A stretch of DNA of 64,000 bases from Nemertoderma westbladi (GCA_032718475.1 JAUCBJ010008761.1:11301-75300), one strand, 5' to 3'; positions 12,982 through 27,400 are shown, numbered from the stretch's first letter. The notes: a model not told the origin generated them from the letters alone. A program made the numbers and translations.

Positions 12982-13809
12982 CTACAAGGAAAATAATAAG
13001 CCAATGTTTATCGCAATTAGTTTTAGTCTAAGTTCATGAAGATAAACGTATTCTAGTGAAATAAAACGAAATCAATGTGAACAAATAAACACCCGCAATC
13101 AATATCCGGACAAGTGAATCTTTACACTGCACTTGGAATCCGTCAATATGTGGAGTGGAGATATCCAGACGTTCTCAAACATTATCGCCACGGGGACAGT
13201 TTAAAGGAGACATTGGCCCCCCCTGAGAGCGTCAGATTATATGCCAGCGACCCTCCGCATGTTAGTTCTTACAGAAGCGATGGGCGCCAGCGCGGTGGGT
13301 TGGTGAGGCTGACATATAGAGGGACCCCTCGGCTGCAAGCTGGCTGGGCCCCAGGGACCACAGCTGTGGTTGGTAATCTCTATATTCCGCCCCATTACTA
13401 ATGTTTATGTACATTTATAGCCAGGGTTGGATGTGGTTAGTGGAGGCTCTGTACTGTACTGTACAGTGTACAGCCTACAGCAGCAGTAGAAGGCTCCATC
13501 ATTAAATACCGCCTGTCTTCATAAATTAATACTATCATAAATGTTAAATGTTTAACGATTTTTATTGGCCTTTATTAATTATTATTACTAACATTTTTAT
13601 TATTATGGTTTTGACTTCGACTTGAATATTTTGTGAATATTCTTGTAATGTTTCTGCAAACTTTGTGAATTTTATATTATAATGTCAAAATTGTTCCTAA
13701 ATAAGAATTCAGTTTGAGCGCAACCCCTATCACTGCCACACCGCAGCCCAATGAATGTTGAGACCGCTGTAGAAACTGCCTATATTTCTAATAAAACTCC
13801 TCGACTTAC

Positions 13810-13999
13810 CTCCCTGCTTCGAATGTAAACTTTGTAGAATCACCCCCGTAGCGGCGCAAGGAGTACAGGGGCCACGAGGTCAGCCTGAGTCTGGGGTTGT
13901 GTAGGTCCCAGACGTGTAGCGACTCGCCAGTCAGCTGTAAGGAACACTCCCCCGAGAACGGGAGTTGTTTACACGCCACTAGGTAGGCTGGGAAACGTT
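13810..13999 (-). CDS. DOK5: DOK4/5/6-like, coding exon 4 (IRS-type PTB domain)
   Basis: CTGCAG|(E)RFPAYLVACKQLPFSGECSLQLTGESLHVWDLHNPRLRLTSWPLYSLRRYGGDSTKFTFEAGR|GTAAGT; 190 nt, phase 1/2; canonical WPL..LRRYG....FTFEAGR. Confidence 0.95.
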
Positions 14000-14542
14000 C
14001 TGCAGAGGAAATAAATACAACATTCTAGATATTAGGGTTAGGGTATCAAGATATTATAGAACACGAAGTGGGGCCTTCGCGCAGCACGTGACTTAAATTT
14101 AATTTAAGTACTAATTCGAAAGTATTACTGTATTAGCAAATTTTAAGCAGATTTCGCCTAATCACTTTTTACCTCTTTCATTTCTATTCAGACATTTCTG
14201 ACTCTAGCGGTATAGTGAGAACTGACGATGGATTAGGGTCTCCAGCCCCACAAAGACACAGCCTATGGATGAATAGTACATACGTACATCGGCCAAGTTT
14301 CATCTTGAATAACGGATAACGAAATGAGAGACGGATCTCACTTTCAGAAATTTCGTCGTATAGCGGCAGACCGATTAAATCTCCCCCCCCCCCCCCCCCC
14401 ACAAAGACGCAGCATGTGGTCCAGAATATATGGCAAGATTCAGCTTAAACTGATTAAAATCAATGAGACGGGAGAATCTATTCACTTTCAGGCATAAAGT
14501 AGTCCTATAGCGGGTGACTGTTGAACTGATTTTCAACAAAAC

Positions 14543-16180
14543 AAATTTTCAACTTGGCAGCTTTAAATTCGACAAAGTTATAAGCATGTCAATATCATAA
14601 CGACGACAACGATTTCACTTTCAGACATTTGGCCCTCTAGCGGCAGACTGGAGAACTGCAGATGGATTCGCCTCCTTTGAAAGTCACAGCTAATGGTCTA
14701 ATACATATCTGCCAAGTTTCAGCTTAAACGGATTAAAAGCAAAGAAATGGGAGGGCATTTAATGTTTAGACATGTGGCCCTCTAGCGGGAGACCATTGCA
14801 CTGATGGTGTCTGAAAGTCTCTCAAAAATCTCAACTTTTGCTCATATTGATACCTACAAATTTTCAACTTGGCAGCTTTAAATCCGACAAAGTTATTAGC
14901 ATGTCAAAATCGTAACGACGACAACGATTTCACTTTCAGACCTTTGGCCCTCTAGCGGCAGACTGGAGAACTGCAGAAGGATTCGCCTCCTTTGAAAGTC
15001 ACAGCTAATGGTCTAATACATATCTGCCAAGTTTCAGCTTAAACGGATTAAAAGCAAAGAAATGGGAGGGCATTTAATGTTTAGACATGTGGCCCTCTAG
15101 CGGGAGACCATTGCACTGATGGTGTCTGAAAGTCTCTCAAAAATCTCAACTTTTGCTCATATTGATACCTACAAATTTTCAACTTGGCAGCTTTAAATCC
15201 GATAAAGTTATTAGCATGTCAAAATCGTAACGACAACAACGATTTCACTTTCAGACCTTTGGCCCTCTAGCGGCAGACTGGAGAACTGCAGATGGATTCG
15301 CCTTCTTTGAAAGTCACAGCTAATGGTCTAATACATATCTGCCAAGTTTCAGCTTAAACGGATTAAAAGCAAAGAAATGGGAGGGCATTTAATGTTTAGA
15401 CATGTGGCCCTCTAGCGGGAGACCATTGCACTGATGGTGTCTGAAAGTCTCTCAAAAATCTCAACTTTTGCTCATATTGATACCTACAAATTTTCAACTT
15501 GGCAGCTTTAAATCCGACAAAGTTATTAGCATGTCAAAATCGTAACGACGACAACGATTTCACTTTCAGACCTTTGGCCCTCTAGCGGCAGACTGGAGAA
15601 CTGCAGATGGATTCGCCTCCTTTGAAAGGCACAGCTAATGGTCTAATACATATCTGCCAAGTTTCAGCTTAAACGGATTAAAAGCAAAGAAATGGGAGGG
15701 CATTTAATGTTTAGACATGTGGCCCTCTAGCGGGAGACCATTGCACTGATGGTGTCTGAAAGTCTCTCAAAAATTTCAACTTTTGCTCATATTGATACCT
15801 ACAAATTTTCAACTTGGCAGCTTTAAATCCGACAAAGTTATTAGCATGTCAAAATCGTAACGACGACAACGATTTCACTTTCAGACCTTTGGCCCTCTAG
15901 CGGCAGACTGGAGAACTGCAGATGGATTCGCCTCCTTTGAAAGTCACAGCTAATGGTCTAATACATATCTGCCAAGTTTCAGCTTAAACGGATTAAAAGC
16001 AAAGAAATGGGAGGGCATTTAATGTTTAGACATGTGGCCCTCTAGCGGGAGACCATTGCACTGATGGTGTCTGAAAGTCTCTCAAAAATTTCAACTTTTG
16101 CTCATATTGATACCTACAAATTTTCAACTTGGCAGCTTTAAATCCGACAAAGTTATTAGCATGTCAAAATCGTAACGACG
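14543..16180. repeat. 315-bp tandem repeat, 5 near-identical copies plus partial and degenerate flanking copies
   Basis: AAATTTTCAACTTGGCAGC recurs at 14543, 14858, 15173, 15488, 15803 and 16118. Confidence 0.97.
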
Positions 16181-16213
16181 ACGACGACGACAACGACGAC
16201 GACGACGACGACA
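16175..16213. repeat. (GAC)n microsatellite
   Basis: Run of ACG/GAC triplets directly after the 315-bp array. Confidence 0.9.
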
Positions 16214-16402
16214 ACTATTTGCATAAATTGACCCACCCCCTAACAGTGTCAATTCGCTAAGGCTCCGCCAACTTCGTGGCTCGCCCCACATGAGATTCGC
16301 CAGTTAATCCCGTGGCGTTTATGTAATTTAAAATAGAGTGAAGTGACTCTTTACAGAATAATTAACTAACTAATTATTAGTAAATATATTTATAACTCTA
16401 AC

Positions 16403-16607
16403 CGAATAGATTGAGGTGTTTTCCGTTGGTCAGTAGGTCTGGTTCACCCCTAGCGATGCCTCCTGGCGGCAGCCACGCGCACACACTGAGTAGTTTCAGC
16501 CAATGCTGGCAGTCAGTCTCTGAGTCGAAAGCCAGTTGCAAAGTGCGTTGGTCCCGGTAGACAACCTCGATAGAATTCCGACGTATCTCTTTATTTAGTT
16601 TCGAAAC
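16403..16607 (-). CDS. DOK5: DOK4/5/6-like, coding exon 3 (PH C-terminus and linker)
   Basis: TTATAG|VSKLNKEIRRNSIEVVYRDQRTLQLAFDSETDCQHWLKLL...GEPDLL...LF|GTTAGA; 205 nt, phase 0/1. GEPDLL is typical of DOK4/5/6. Confidence 0.9.
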
Positions 16608-16853
16608 CTATAAAGTAGTGACATTCTATAAGACTGGCAGTGCTGATAACAGGTAAGTCACTATGTCACAATGAAAAGTTGTAGTGTCTATCCGAGTTCT
16701 GTATAACGCTACCGTAGACGGGGTCGCTATTATGTGATGTAGCTAATTCTTCTTAGTCCCATTAGACCTTAGAGGTCGGGGGTTTTAGTGGGCTAGACCA
16801 CCTGTGCGGTATGTCCCGCTGAATGCCGGCATACCAACTGCAGCAACACTAAC

Positions 16854-16988
16854 CTGAACTATACCGTCGATATCAGCTGTCTTGCATAGACCCCCACAAT
16901 GCCACGCCTTCTCGTCCGCATAACGCAGGAGTTTATAGTCACCTAGGAAACCCTCCTTGCGAAGAACCAACCAGCGTTTCTTCCAAAA
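16854..16988 (-). CDS. DOK5: DOK4/5/6-like, coding exon 2 (PH domain)
   Basis: TTTTTAG|FWKKRWLVLRKEGFLGDYKLLRYADEKAWHCGGLCKTADIDGIVQ|GTTAGT; 135 nt, phase 0/0. Confidence 0.88.
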
Positions 16989-18799
16989 CTAAAAATTAAA
17001 ATAATATAAATTAACTACCGGCACATCTATTAAACATCAAAATACAAAACAGTTATGCGATCACGGCTGCATCTGAAAAAATAAGCGTATAAATGTTGTA
17101 TGATTTAAGTTGATAGTTTCCGAGTTACATTGGCAATAAATGGAATGGGGACCGGACCACCCTAAGGTGCTGCCTTACAGTCTACTCTTGTAGTTGAAGT
17201 TGTCGATTCGTGAATGGGCGTGAACAGAGCGACATAGGGGGCCCCATGCAACGCTGCAGATGTTAGGTATGGGAGGGGGGGGGGGGGGGGGGGGGTACCG
17301 ACAAAGAAACCGGTTCAACGGAACACTAACCAACTAACCGAACAGAACAGCTGCATTATCGACGCAAGGGCGCCAGTTCTATGGAGCCAAGAACTACAGA
17401 GACGATTCAGTGTTGTGACAACAATGAATAGGGGACACAAAAGGCAACTATAGGAACATTGTCACATAATATAAGGTTCAACGAATATGATTACTTGCCC
17501 CCCAAATCTATATTAGTTCCATTCCGCACCCAAACCCTCCCTACACATAAGAGCCCAACTTTCAACTACCAGTTGTTCTTCCTATCCCCAATATATTACA
17601 TATTACTATCCTCCACCTGCCTGCACAGCTTAGTGAATAATTAATCACCCATTTTTACCTGATTATAAAATAATTTATTGTTGGGGCCTATACTTAGGAA
17701 TTTATCCCGGTTTTACAGAAGGTTACGATTACGAACCATATTTTATATTTAACAGCAACGAGGCAGTTGAATTGGTTGTTTTGAGCGTTTGATAGTATAT
17801 GAGCGAATGAGCGAGTCTCATCAAAAGATATATCAAGCCTACATGGCTTGATATATGTCTGGTATTGTCTCTATATCATTCAAAACGTGGAACCTCTGTC
17901 TCCAACCAGATTTGCTTGAATCTAGGAAGCAGGCGGGTTTTACATTTAGCATCTAAACTCAACATCACTGTAAAATACGTGACGATGTATGCCCGTAGGC
18001 GAGAGATCATTCCACACTAACCACCTTTCATAGTAATTCCCACAGATTTTCCACGCGTCGCACTAATGATAATTCCATGCTCCGAACCGTGACAAAGGAA
18101 TATCGCTAAAGGAAGGCTGATAGGGCCATGTCATTGTCACCTTCCCGGCAGCGGGGTTTCGAGATTGTAAACTGTCAGTATATAATCTCTAACGTTTATC
18201 CTTGGGTTAATTCCGTGGGAATTTCCTGGCAGGTTGTCGTCGCCTCGTTACCGATAATGGCTCAATAGAGTTGAATCCCCGAAGGATTGCGAAGAGATGG
18301 AATCGCTCGGGTGTGGAAGCTGCTATAGCCCCGGTACCGGTAGGCCTACCACCTGGGGGCTGATCATCAGGGTTTAGCAGCCCTAATGCATCCCGGATTT
18401 GGGAACAGTTTCGTGTGGATACCTCCGACCGACAGGGAACAACGTGTCAGATAGGGGGAGTGCTGTAATCCCATGGGATATAAACCCTCACCTCATCCAT
18501 TAACGTTGGAATACCGCGCTAGGGTTGTTGAGAATATAATTACGGAATATTTAAAGCGAGCAAAATTAACAGTAACCGATTCTCTTCAGCAACGCCAGTA
18601 GAACTACAACAGGAGAAAAATATCGATTTTTAGAATCAAATCAGAGTAGACCAACTAACGAAACAATGACACATTCAGACACCTGTTATGAATGTGAAAG
18701 GGATGAAAGTCATATGTAATTGTACTGGGTACGGTACATATTATACAATTATACTCAACAATATGAAATCAAATTAAATTGTCGCAATGATAAAAAGAG

Positions 18800-21700
18800 A
18801 AAACCGAATAAGAAAAGAAAATAAAACCGACTGCCGGCTAGGGTTTTCACAGCGTTTAGGCGTCTGCCAACGTACTGTCAATCACAGAGCTGATCCGAAA
18901 CATAATCGCTACTCCCATAAAGCCATGTCAACAATTGCATGATCATAGATCATTTTTATATAATTATTGCAATTGTATGTGAATGTGTGTGCTGTGTGTT
19001 TCGTACTTGTGGTTGTGGAAGGGTGAATTATCATTTGCTCGAATTGACTTAAAGTTTAACCTGCAGTCGTATATTTGCATTCCTTGTTCACCGTGATTAG
19101 GTTCAGCCAATTAAAGGTAATCAATCATTCACATATCACATATAGGTCATTACAGCCACGCCGGGATCTCAATAATGCATATATATCTACCCCAATTAAC
19201 CTCCATTATAACGGTTGAATACATAATAGGTGATTCCTTAGATTGAAGCCCCAGGATTCCATTCCCCAATATCAACTCCAATCAAAGGGGAAACTCATGA
19301 TAATTTCCATGCGCCAATGACCTAACGAACACTGGAAATTAGAAAAATTCCACTGGAGAATACAGGATTGCCACGCGCATAAAGCCATAAAAAGAATAAA
19401 GGCCACGCGCGTCAATGGCGGCTCATATACGTCTTAATATACTCCTCAGAAACTGTTGCCATTATAATTCATCAAACCTTCTTCATTATTCATTAGAAAA
19501 TATGCCTGGATTACCAAAAAAAGGAAACAAACATGCGGGGCTGATTGAAGCCATATTTCCATCCCGTGAAAACAATCGTTAACGAGGGGTGCAGCAGGGG
19601 TCCTGGCAAGGTTGGAGCCCATGGAATGGAGGGAGAGGCGAAGGCAAGATCCCATGGAATCCTGCTTCCTCCAACAGTGAGACCAATAAATATACAGGCA
19701 TGCTGGGATGGCGCCAGACTGTCGGGCGCTTATAAGAGCCCGCTGCTCTGCCTACCATTCAGCACCCACGGATTATACACTGCCTCCATCCATAGATGTA
19801 ATATTCCAGTGGGAAGCGGTATGCACTATAGGTTAAGCAGGGAAGGTGCGAACACATATATTCCCTATGGAAGAGGAACCATATGGACACTTGGAACCAA
19901 ATGCAGGATCCACTCACTGGGTTATATCTTATCTACTCACTATTTATTTTTAATCAATGGCAACAACTGAGGAACTGCCATTGAACCCCACATTGATAAT
20001 GCGAGTTTGTATAATATATATTGGTTTGGCGTTTGAGCTTATAAGAATAGTATCAAGGGGAGCCCGCGTAGAGCCTATTAAACTGTGATTCATTGTGATG
20101 CGGCCAAGTTAATAAGATGCAATAAGGGAGGATCCTGCGACACTAATTGCCCCATTCTATAAGAGGCAGGCAAATAATGACCAGCGAATATTAGGATGGA
20201 AAGATAGCGATGAAAGGGGCTGTAAAAAACGGGGAAGCAAAGGAAATAAAAGCCGGATTGAGATACTATGTCAGTGACAAACGACGATCTTTGGTATTTA
20301 AAGTTTTATTCAACCGAAGCACAATATCAATAATGTGTAAAAAGCCACCAGATTACGGTTTGGCAAGTGGAAGTAATAGGGCATCCCACCCGAGAACCAA
20401 ATGCCCAGGGCAAGGATTCGAATACGATATAACCAATGGAACCGTGTCATAGCATATTTGATGTGGAATGTATAATTTGATTCGTAACATTTTACATTTT
20501 AGTTGGGGATGAAATCAAGTGAATAATATATAATATTGGAAAATACATTATAGAACATGTTAATATACATGCACCTTAGTATATACTAGAAGAGGCCCTG
20601 GGGGGTAGGAATATAAGAACGTTAAGGAACAAGTAAGATTATCTCTTCCACCTGCAGGCAATGAAGGTAAAGGGTGTGGCGGTTTAACCTGGAACTTCGC
20701 GCAATGCCCACTCTAACACTGAGCCGCTCGGTCACCTTATTCCAAATTCAATTACGGGATGTAAGCTTAGTAGAGTAAGCCCAACTCTTACTATAACTAA
20801 CAGATAATGAATTATTCTCACCCAAACTACCTGCGTTGAGGATCCGCAGAGGGAGAGCTATTTAGTATTCATGCGATAAGAAGGTGAAGAGGACCAACCC
20901 CTTCCAGAGTACCAGGTACACCAGATATCGAGATATCCATGGATGTTTGGCGACGACAGATAATGCCGTACCTAGTTTGATTTGAGCAGTGGAGTAAAGC
21001 CTATCTCCTATAGTGTAGGCATATTCTTATCACATGACATAATAAAATAATAATTATATATGTAACCGCAACATCTCTCCTTTTATGTCGGACGGCAAGG
21101 GATGTAAAATGAACTCCGGCGCAAATTGACCTCAAGTGAAATTAAATTTGGTTTATTGTTTTGGTTATAGATGCCTGCCCCTTTCCCTTAATGCTTTAAA
21201 ATAAATTATTCATTTGCCCTATTAACTATAAAAGATTCTAGAACTCAGTGCATTTTATCAGTTCATTTACAGTTTTTGAGGTTGATATTGTCAACCTACC
21301 CCAAAGATACCGATACAGTTGCAGGAAACATAATCAATGTATTGTATAATGTGTGATTACGAAATACAGAACCACACGACCACGACCAACCATAATAAAT
21401 CTCTTCAACCACAGTAGTGGTACACGTTAAACATTGCTTGGGTGGTTCAGAAAATAGCTAAACATTCATCTTAACTATAATATAGGAATATATAGATAAG
21501 GGACAGGGCACGCTAGCCATTGTTCGACCAATTACACGGTAGTCAATTACAGGACCAATCGTTTGCTCAACACAGGGTAGACCAGGGAAAGAGAATGTAT
21601 AATGTGTGCAAATAAAGGGGTTGAGAGAAGCAACCCCGTCATTAACATCGTGTAAATATTGAACTTATACATTGGCGACGGTAAACGGAAGGGCCAAAAT

Positions 21701-23300
21701 AGAACGTAATTATTCCTCTCGTTAGGGAGACAATACTCGCGGCAGACAGTAATTACCTCGTAACGTCGCAATGATGTCGGCTAGCCGGTTGAGACACTGG
21801 TCGAAGAGTGTCTGATTGCAAAGAATATACCACATTATAGGTAGTGAGTGGGCCTTTAGTAAAGTACAAGAGGAGGGGAGGGCCGGTACCAGGTCATTTG
21901 GGAAAAGTGAGGTAACTGTATATACCGGGGTTCATGTTCAAGCTATGTCAAACAGCATAGGGACAAATCGAACCAGACTGGGAATATAGTTCGCGCTTCG
22001 ATTTCAATACCTCGCATAACGAATCAGACTGATTGTGATTGTAAAACAAAAGAAAAAGCAATAATATTATAATGTGTTACTTTATTTTAGCTATTGGAAG
22101 ACAAATTGTATTTGCGAGTTACGTGTAAGGTATCTGTATCATACCTGGTGTGATGTAGTTGATTCATGGATTACATGGTGGTTTAACCCACCTACACACC
22201 ACACACCCAGCCTATTAACCCACCTCCCTCAAGTCTCTCAAAGTAACAGTAACTCTATGGAGAGAAACGATATTATTAACTGTAATTGTAAATGTAACAT
22301 CCCCAGTACTAATCCAATTTCATACAGGATACAATTTGCCAACTACAACAGCCCTGCCTGCAGTCGTCAGGCTGCAATCAAGAGATATAAATTGGGGGCA
22401 AACAGGACAATTTATAGGGTAGGTAATCAGAACAGAAGTAATACCCCCCTCCCGCAACATACAACCATTGGAAGAGTAACCCAACAATATTTGCAGGACA
22501 CCCTGGAAATACAAGTGCTAACTAACATGTTTTTTTGTGGAATAATTGGATACAGCCAATTTAACTGATGGCCGAAGGGCTACCCTCCATCCATGAAAGA
22601 ATATAACCACATAAGATAGAACCACATAGACTAGTTGACAAGTTAATTAGAAGCAGACCTTGTTATTGTTTATGCCAAGGGCATCAGTAGTTACTGACAT
22701 GGGAGGAGACCAATGAAAGGAGGTAAGGTACAGGATACAGTAACTCAAATAATAAAATCACCAGTCAAAAGTGGCCAGAGATAAGCTAGTTCAAGTTAAG
22801 AACTGGAAGGTTTCATGCCAAAGATATTCCATACCCTCTTTTGTCACAGCCGCCAATAAGACTGGTTGCCTACAGCACTACAGGCACAATTGTTAGAACG
22901 AACAATGGTCACAAGGCCATAGGCCGAAATGGAAACCACTAAGTGGAAATCAAAGCTTTACAAGCTGGCTATTATGAATTGAGTAATTTCGTCGCCATGA
23001 GCATGTACCAGGGGTTGGAGACTGCCCTGGGGCTTTTGTCTCTAGCTGACAGACTGCTTGAATTCCTTTATTATCCAGTCAATAGGCTAGGCTCGTTGGC
23101 TGACACCTTCCTTGGGGCAGTTCTCGAAAGCCCCTGCTATTAGGCTATATGCGGGGCGCCTGGAGGGTTGGTGCAGTCGGCTCTCGCCTATAGCTGATAG
23201 AATATAACCCACTATTACTAAGCCTTGAAATAATAAATACAGTACAACGCCGGCATCCAATACCACACTACTGTAGCAGGAGCAGGCTAATTAGTGCAGT
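18800..23300 (-). mobile_element. Possible very old DIRS/Ngaro-type (tyrosine-recombinase) retroelement relic
   Basis: Minus-strand motif remnants only: AFIL/YGFMRV (YR box-I-like, ~19365-19405), HGF..G then RW (box-II-like, ~18860-18930), GYLD (RT-like, ~20925-20940). No long ORF; boundaries approximate. Confidence 0.35.
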
Positions 23301-24499
23301 ATCATGCCAGTGTACATATAAGAGGGGGATGATTACATTAACATTACTGCGCAGAGAATTCTCCCCTAATTAGATGACTTTTGCTTTGTCTATGACTTCT
23401 CCATTGGAAAATATAGGGAAGAGACAAGAGGTCTGAGGTCTATGCCAAGGATGCGAAAAACTGCATGAAAGTATATCCGAAAATAAAATCAGGTCTACTA
23501 ACTGCATTACTTTAAATATAATATAACACACTAAATGACATGCTCTTCATTAATAGTACGTTTATATTCAATTGGTTTTGGTTTTTATTGAAGATAGTGA
23601 GGAATTACTTGAGTAGATGGACGGAGGATATAATTCATTTACGCCCAATAAATAAAGTGATGATCGGAGACCAAATGATAAGGGATTGACTGCGTTATAA
23701 ATGCACCTATATATTTAGGTACGGACTTTGAGCAAATGTGAATGTGTTTGCACGGCTTTTAACGAGCGTCAATATTTACAGTTAAAATTAAAGTACTAGT
23801 GAACAGGTGTGGAATGATATGACATGCTGTCACTTTGGTTAACTACATTATTTCAAAGGATTAGGATTAAATTAAACCCAAATTTGAAAAGCTCTAACTA
23901 ACACTGGTAAAGCAAGACATGCGTTGCCATAGATCTCCTGGCTTTGCCGTGCCTAGTAGGACTTCTAGGTTTAATCGTGTCTCTTCATGCGTAGGACTTC
24001 AAACAGTCCCTAGGTATTTCCTTTTTGAGTTAACGGTATCGAACAATTTCACCTGAAGGCATCAAATGAAATGGCCGAATGAAAATGAACACTATAACAA
24101 CAGCCCGGTTGCCAAAAACTCTCATGAAATCCACTTAAGAAAAAGGCTTGAGAAATCTATACGATGCTGATGGTTGATGGGTTACATTCATCGAGAGCCA
24201 ACCCTGTCAGCCAACTAAGTTACCCCAGTTCGTCACGTTCAGAAGGAAAAGCTTAAAATTACCAATCAAAAATAGAATCACGACGGGACTGCCTTACCGG
24301 GCTCCAAAGAAATCATCCCGTTTTAAATCCCAGAGGGCTGCGCCTGGAAAACAGATCAAATTCACGCCGAGATCAGGAGTATAACAACTGGAGTTTGGGA
24401 GATGTGCGGGGAAGTGGGTGGGAATTAGATTTAGTCGACAAGTGGAAGAAGGAATTGATTCTATCTATCGCGTGGATTGATCGCCGCCTCCCTTATCAA

Positions 24500-27400
24500 A
24501 AACCCTCACACAAAAACCGACAGTACATGGTGCATACTGGTAAGTGTATAGTGTTTGCAGCAAACGATTGAGTGTCCAGTGAGTAACGCCTTAAACAAAA
24601 GGGGTTCTATCTATCTTCAGTAGGTTTATCAACAGAGCCAAACTCTGAGTAACTATATCATTTATCTATGGGATGCTTACGAGACGATATTTAGCAACAT
24701 CTCAATGGTGATCCACATTATTTACTTCCCACACATTTCCGCCTTTCAGTAATAGAACGAGATTATACTTCGCTAAGTTTTTCAGATAATACTGTCGACT
24801 TTCCATCGCAGTGTGGTGCAAACAGTATATAGTTTGGAGCACGTGCGAGGTGTGACTAAAAAACAATTCCATGTTGATAAGCCGACAAGGCATAGTGTTA
24901 TGTTGTCGATTAGGGTTAGAACCCTGCGGTGCGGTTGCGGTGCAAAGCCGCAAGGAAGTCCGAACCAAAGAGAGAAGTGGTGAAAACCTAAGGTGGTAAA
25001 TAACGCTGATAAGATGTGCCCTGCAGAGCAGAGCCAACGCGGTGCAAAACTTATTTGGCAATTACTGCATAATTATATTAAAAAAACCTCCTTCTATCAG
25101 ACTCATTAAATCAGTAATTTTACACACACGAATAAATTCGAGAAATGTTTAAATATCATCATACGGAGGAGACTAAATGGTTTGCAAAGGCAGAAAAGGC
25201 GTTAATGCGTCGAGGGGGAATCGAACTCGTGACCTCTAGGTTTGAAGTCTGACGCTCTAACCTTTCCGATACAAAGCATACAGATGATGCTAATAATATA
25301 ACAGGATATATGTTTGTATACAGACAAAGGAATTCTGAGTTTCCCTTTATATAGGCCAATTAGTCTGGCAACATTACTGGAAAAGTATTCGGGATGGGTT
25401 GTTAACTTTTCCACGCCTGTTAGTAAGAGTCAAAGGGGCAACCAGTAAAAGTTAACTGAGATGGACTCGTGAGATAAGTGAATGCGAAATACCGCACCCG
25501 GGGCGCACGCAGTGAGCTTCTAAACCATTTTCGCTCTTACCAGCTTGAATTTATTTACCAATGCGGGTATAATGGACTTTACAGTAGGGGGTCGTGAAAG
25601 GCAAACATGCCACACAGATCCAACTACCACGAATTCCATGACTAAATCACATGACAAATTACCAACAAGCTCTAGCATGGTGCGAGTAAGAAGAAAGGGA
25701 AACGCCAAAACGAAATAACTTTCATGGAATTAAAAACCAGTGGGTTTGGAAAACTATATGGATGTTGAATTACGGGAAAGAGACAGGGAGGGGGTAAATG
25801 ATACATTCAGGTTGGAAATTATTTCTCTTCGATTAGGCAAAAACAAATTAGGATCTATAAGGGAACAGGAGTTCCATTATAAATAAAGTGGCCAGCAGCG
25901 CAAGGCAAGGAAGAAATTCAAGCACTGTCAAGTAAACCTTATTACACAGAGCCCAACCCACCAGCACTCCGCACTTTTGGATTAAACATAAAACCCAACT
26001 AGCATCGGCCTTGCAATTACTATGTAGGCCACGGGAAATGCTTGTATTCTATAATGATCATTGATCACTCTGATGGATTTCCACATTTACCCATTATTTC
26101 CTCCGAAATGCGTGCTGAAAGCGAAGGAGCGGGAAAGGAAAGGATGGCGACTAACTGGCGCCACAAATGTATCTCTTCGTTACAACATGCCATCATGTGC
26201 AACGCAGATGTGGCATTCAATTTCCACATGAATAATAAATATCATTGGAATAGTTTTGTGATATGCAGGAAAACATATTATGAAAAGGGAAATAATAAAA
26301 TAATGCATTCATTTTCTTACTCCTTCATGGTTATGGTAAAGAAAGCAGTGGGTTTGGTTGGCAAGTTGTTCAAACTGTATATAAATATACCGAGGGAAAA
26401 ATTGCATACATAATGCTGAAGAAATTCTAGTGACATATACTCGCACTACGATATTCATTCAATGATAGTGGTTATAGGTAAACATGTCTAAACGTAAGGA
26501 ATGGGATAGGTTTAATGTTTTTGGCATAAAATACAATAATCGCATTATGTGTCATGACCTTGACTCTATTGATTGGGGAGGACAGAGAGGGCAGGGCCTA
26601 ACTAAGTGAGGCGAGTCAAAAACTATTTGCTTGGAACCATTAACCACAGATCATTAAGCTGCAGCATCGTTGGAGCTTGGACGCATATCACACCTCGGCA
26701 AACTAATATATCGTCTCGGTTAATTAAAATTGTTAATTCTCAATTAAAGAAACGAGCAGACTACAGTGGCAAATGTAGCATGTTATCCTAACCAAAACAA
26801 GAAACGAAAGTCAATAGTACATATTACAGTAAGAAGATGTTATTTAAGTTGATTTTCCCCTATGGGGAGGGACGAATTTTGATTGCGTCAGGAGTCCCAC
26901 CCCTGTATATCTGCCCTTTATATCGGTACTAGATGTAATCCAATCACTATAGTCCCACCAGTCCGTAGATCTGGATTGAGACAAAATCCCAGGAGCTCAA
27001 GTTATCAAAAATGTCTGACCCTTACCCCAACAACAAACAGTAGACTCTACGCTACCCCGCTGAACTCAGCACTAGTTTTTACATACCAATTCACATGTCG
27101 AGATTCAAAAACATATTTTTTTTATCTGCATATGTACAACAGAAAATATAATAATGCCAACAGATATAGGCCAACATTACGCTATAGATATGTCTGTATC
27201 GCATCGCCATACCATAAAATATCACCCGGCACATGAACATATAACTCAAACTAAACTAAAAATCATACATTTACCACAATTTAATTCTGACCGGAAAAAA
27301 AAGGGGACGGATACACACATGGTCGTATAAGATTTGCACAAAGAAACCCCCACGAAAGGGTCACTTTACCGACAACACGTAGCGTAAGAATAGCGAATAA

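Larger units (their letters stand above)
14058..16290 (+). mobile_element. Helentron/DINE-1-like non-autonomous element (HINE-like) carrying a tandem array
   Basis: Subterminal inverted CACGAAGT (~14062) / ACTTCGTG (~16271), a central tandem array, a (GAC)n microsatellite and a GC-rich end block. A related inverted copy of the end lies at 33841-34130. Confidence 0.65.

Noticed and set aside
13114-13401. 95-aa GC-rich ORF in a DOK intron
   Set aside because: Non-ATG start, no motif, and no phase-compatible splice sites for the DOK frame; probably a repeat fragment.
19545-22568. ORFs 19545-19970 and 22074-22568 as host genes
   Set aside because: Non-ATG starts, no recognisable domains, and antisense to the suspected decayed retroelement.
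25206-25277. Functional tRNA-Sec gene
   Set aside because: It lacks the long variable arm and extended acceptor stem, and the stems are mismatched.
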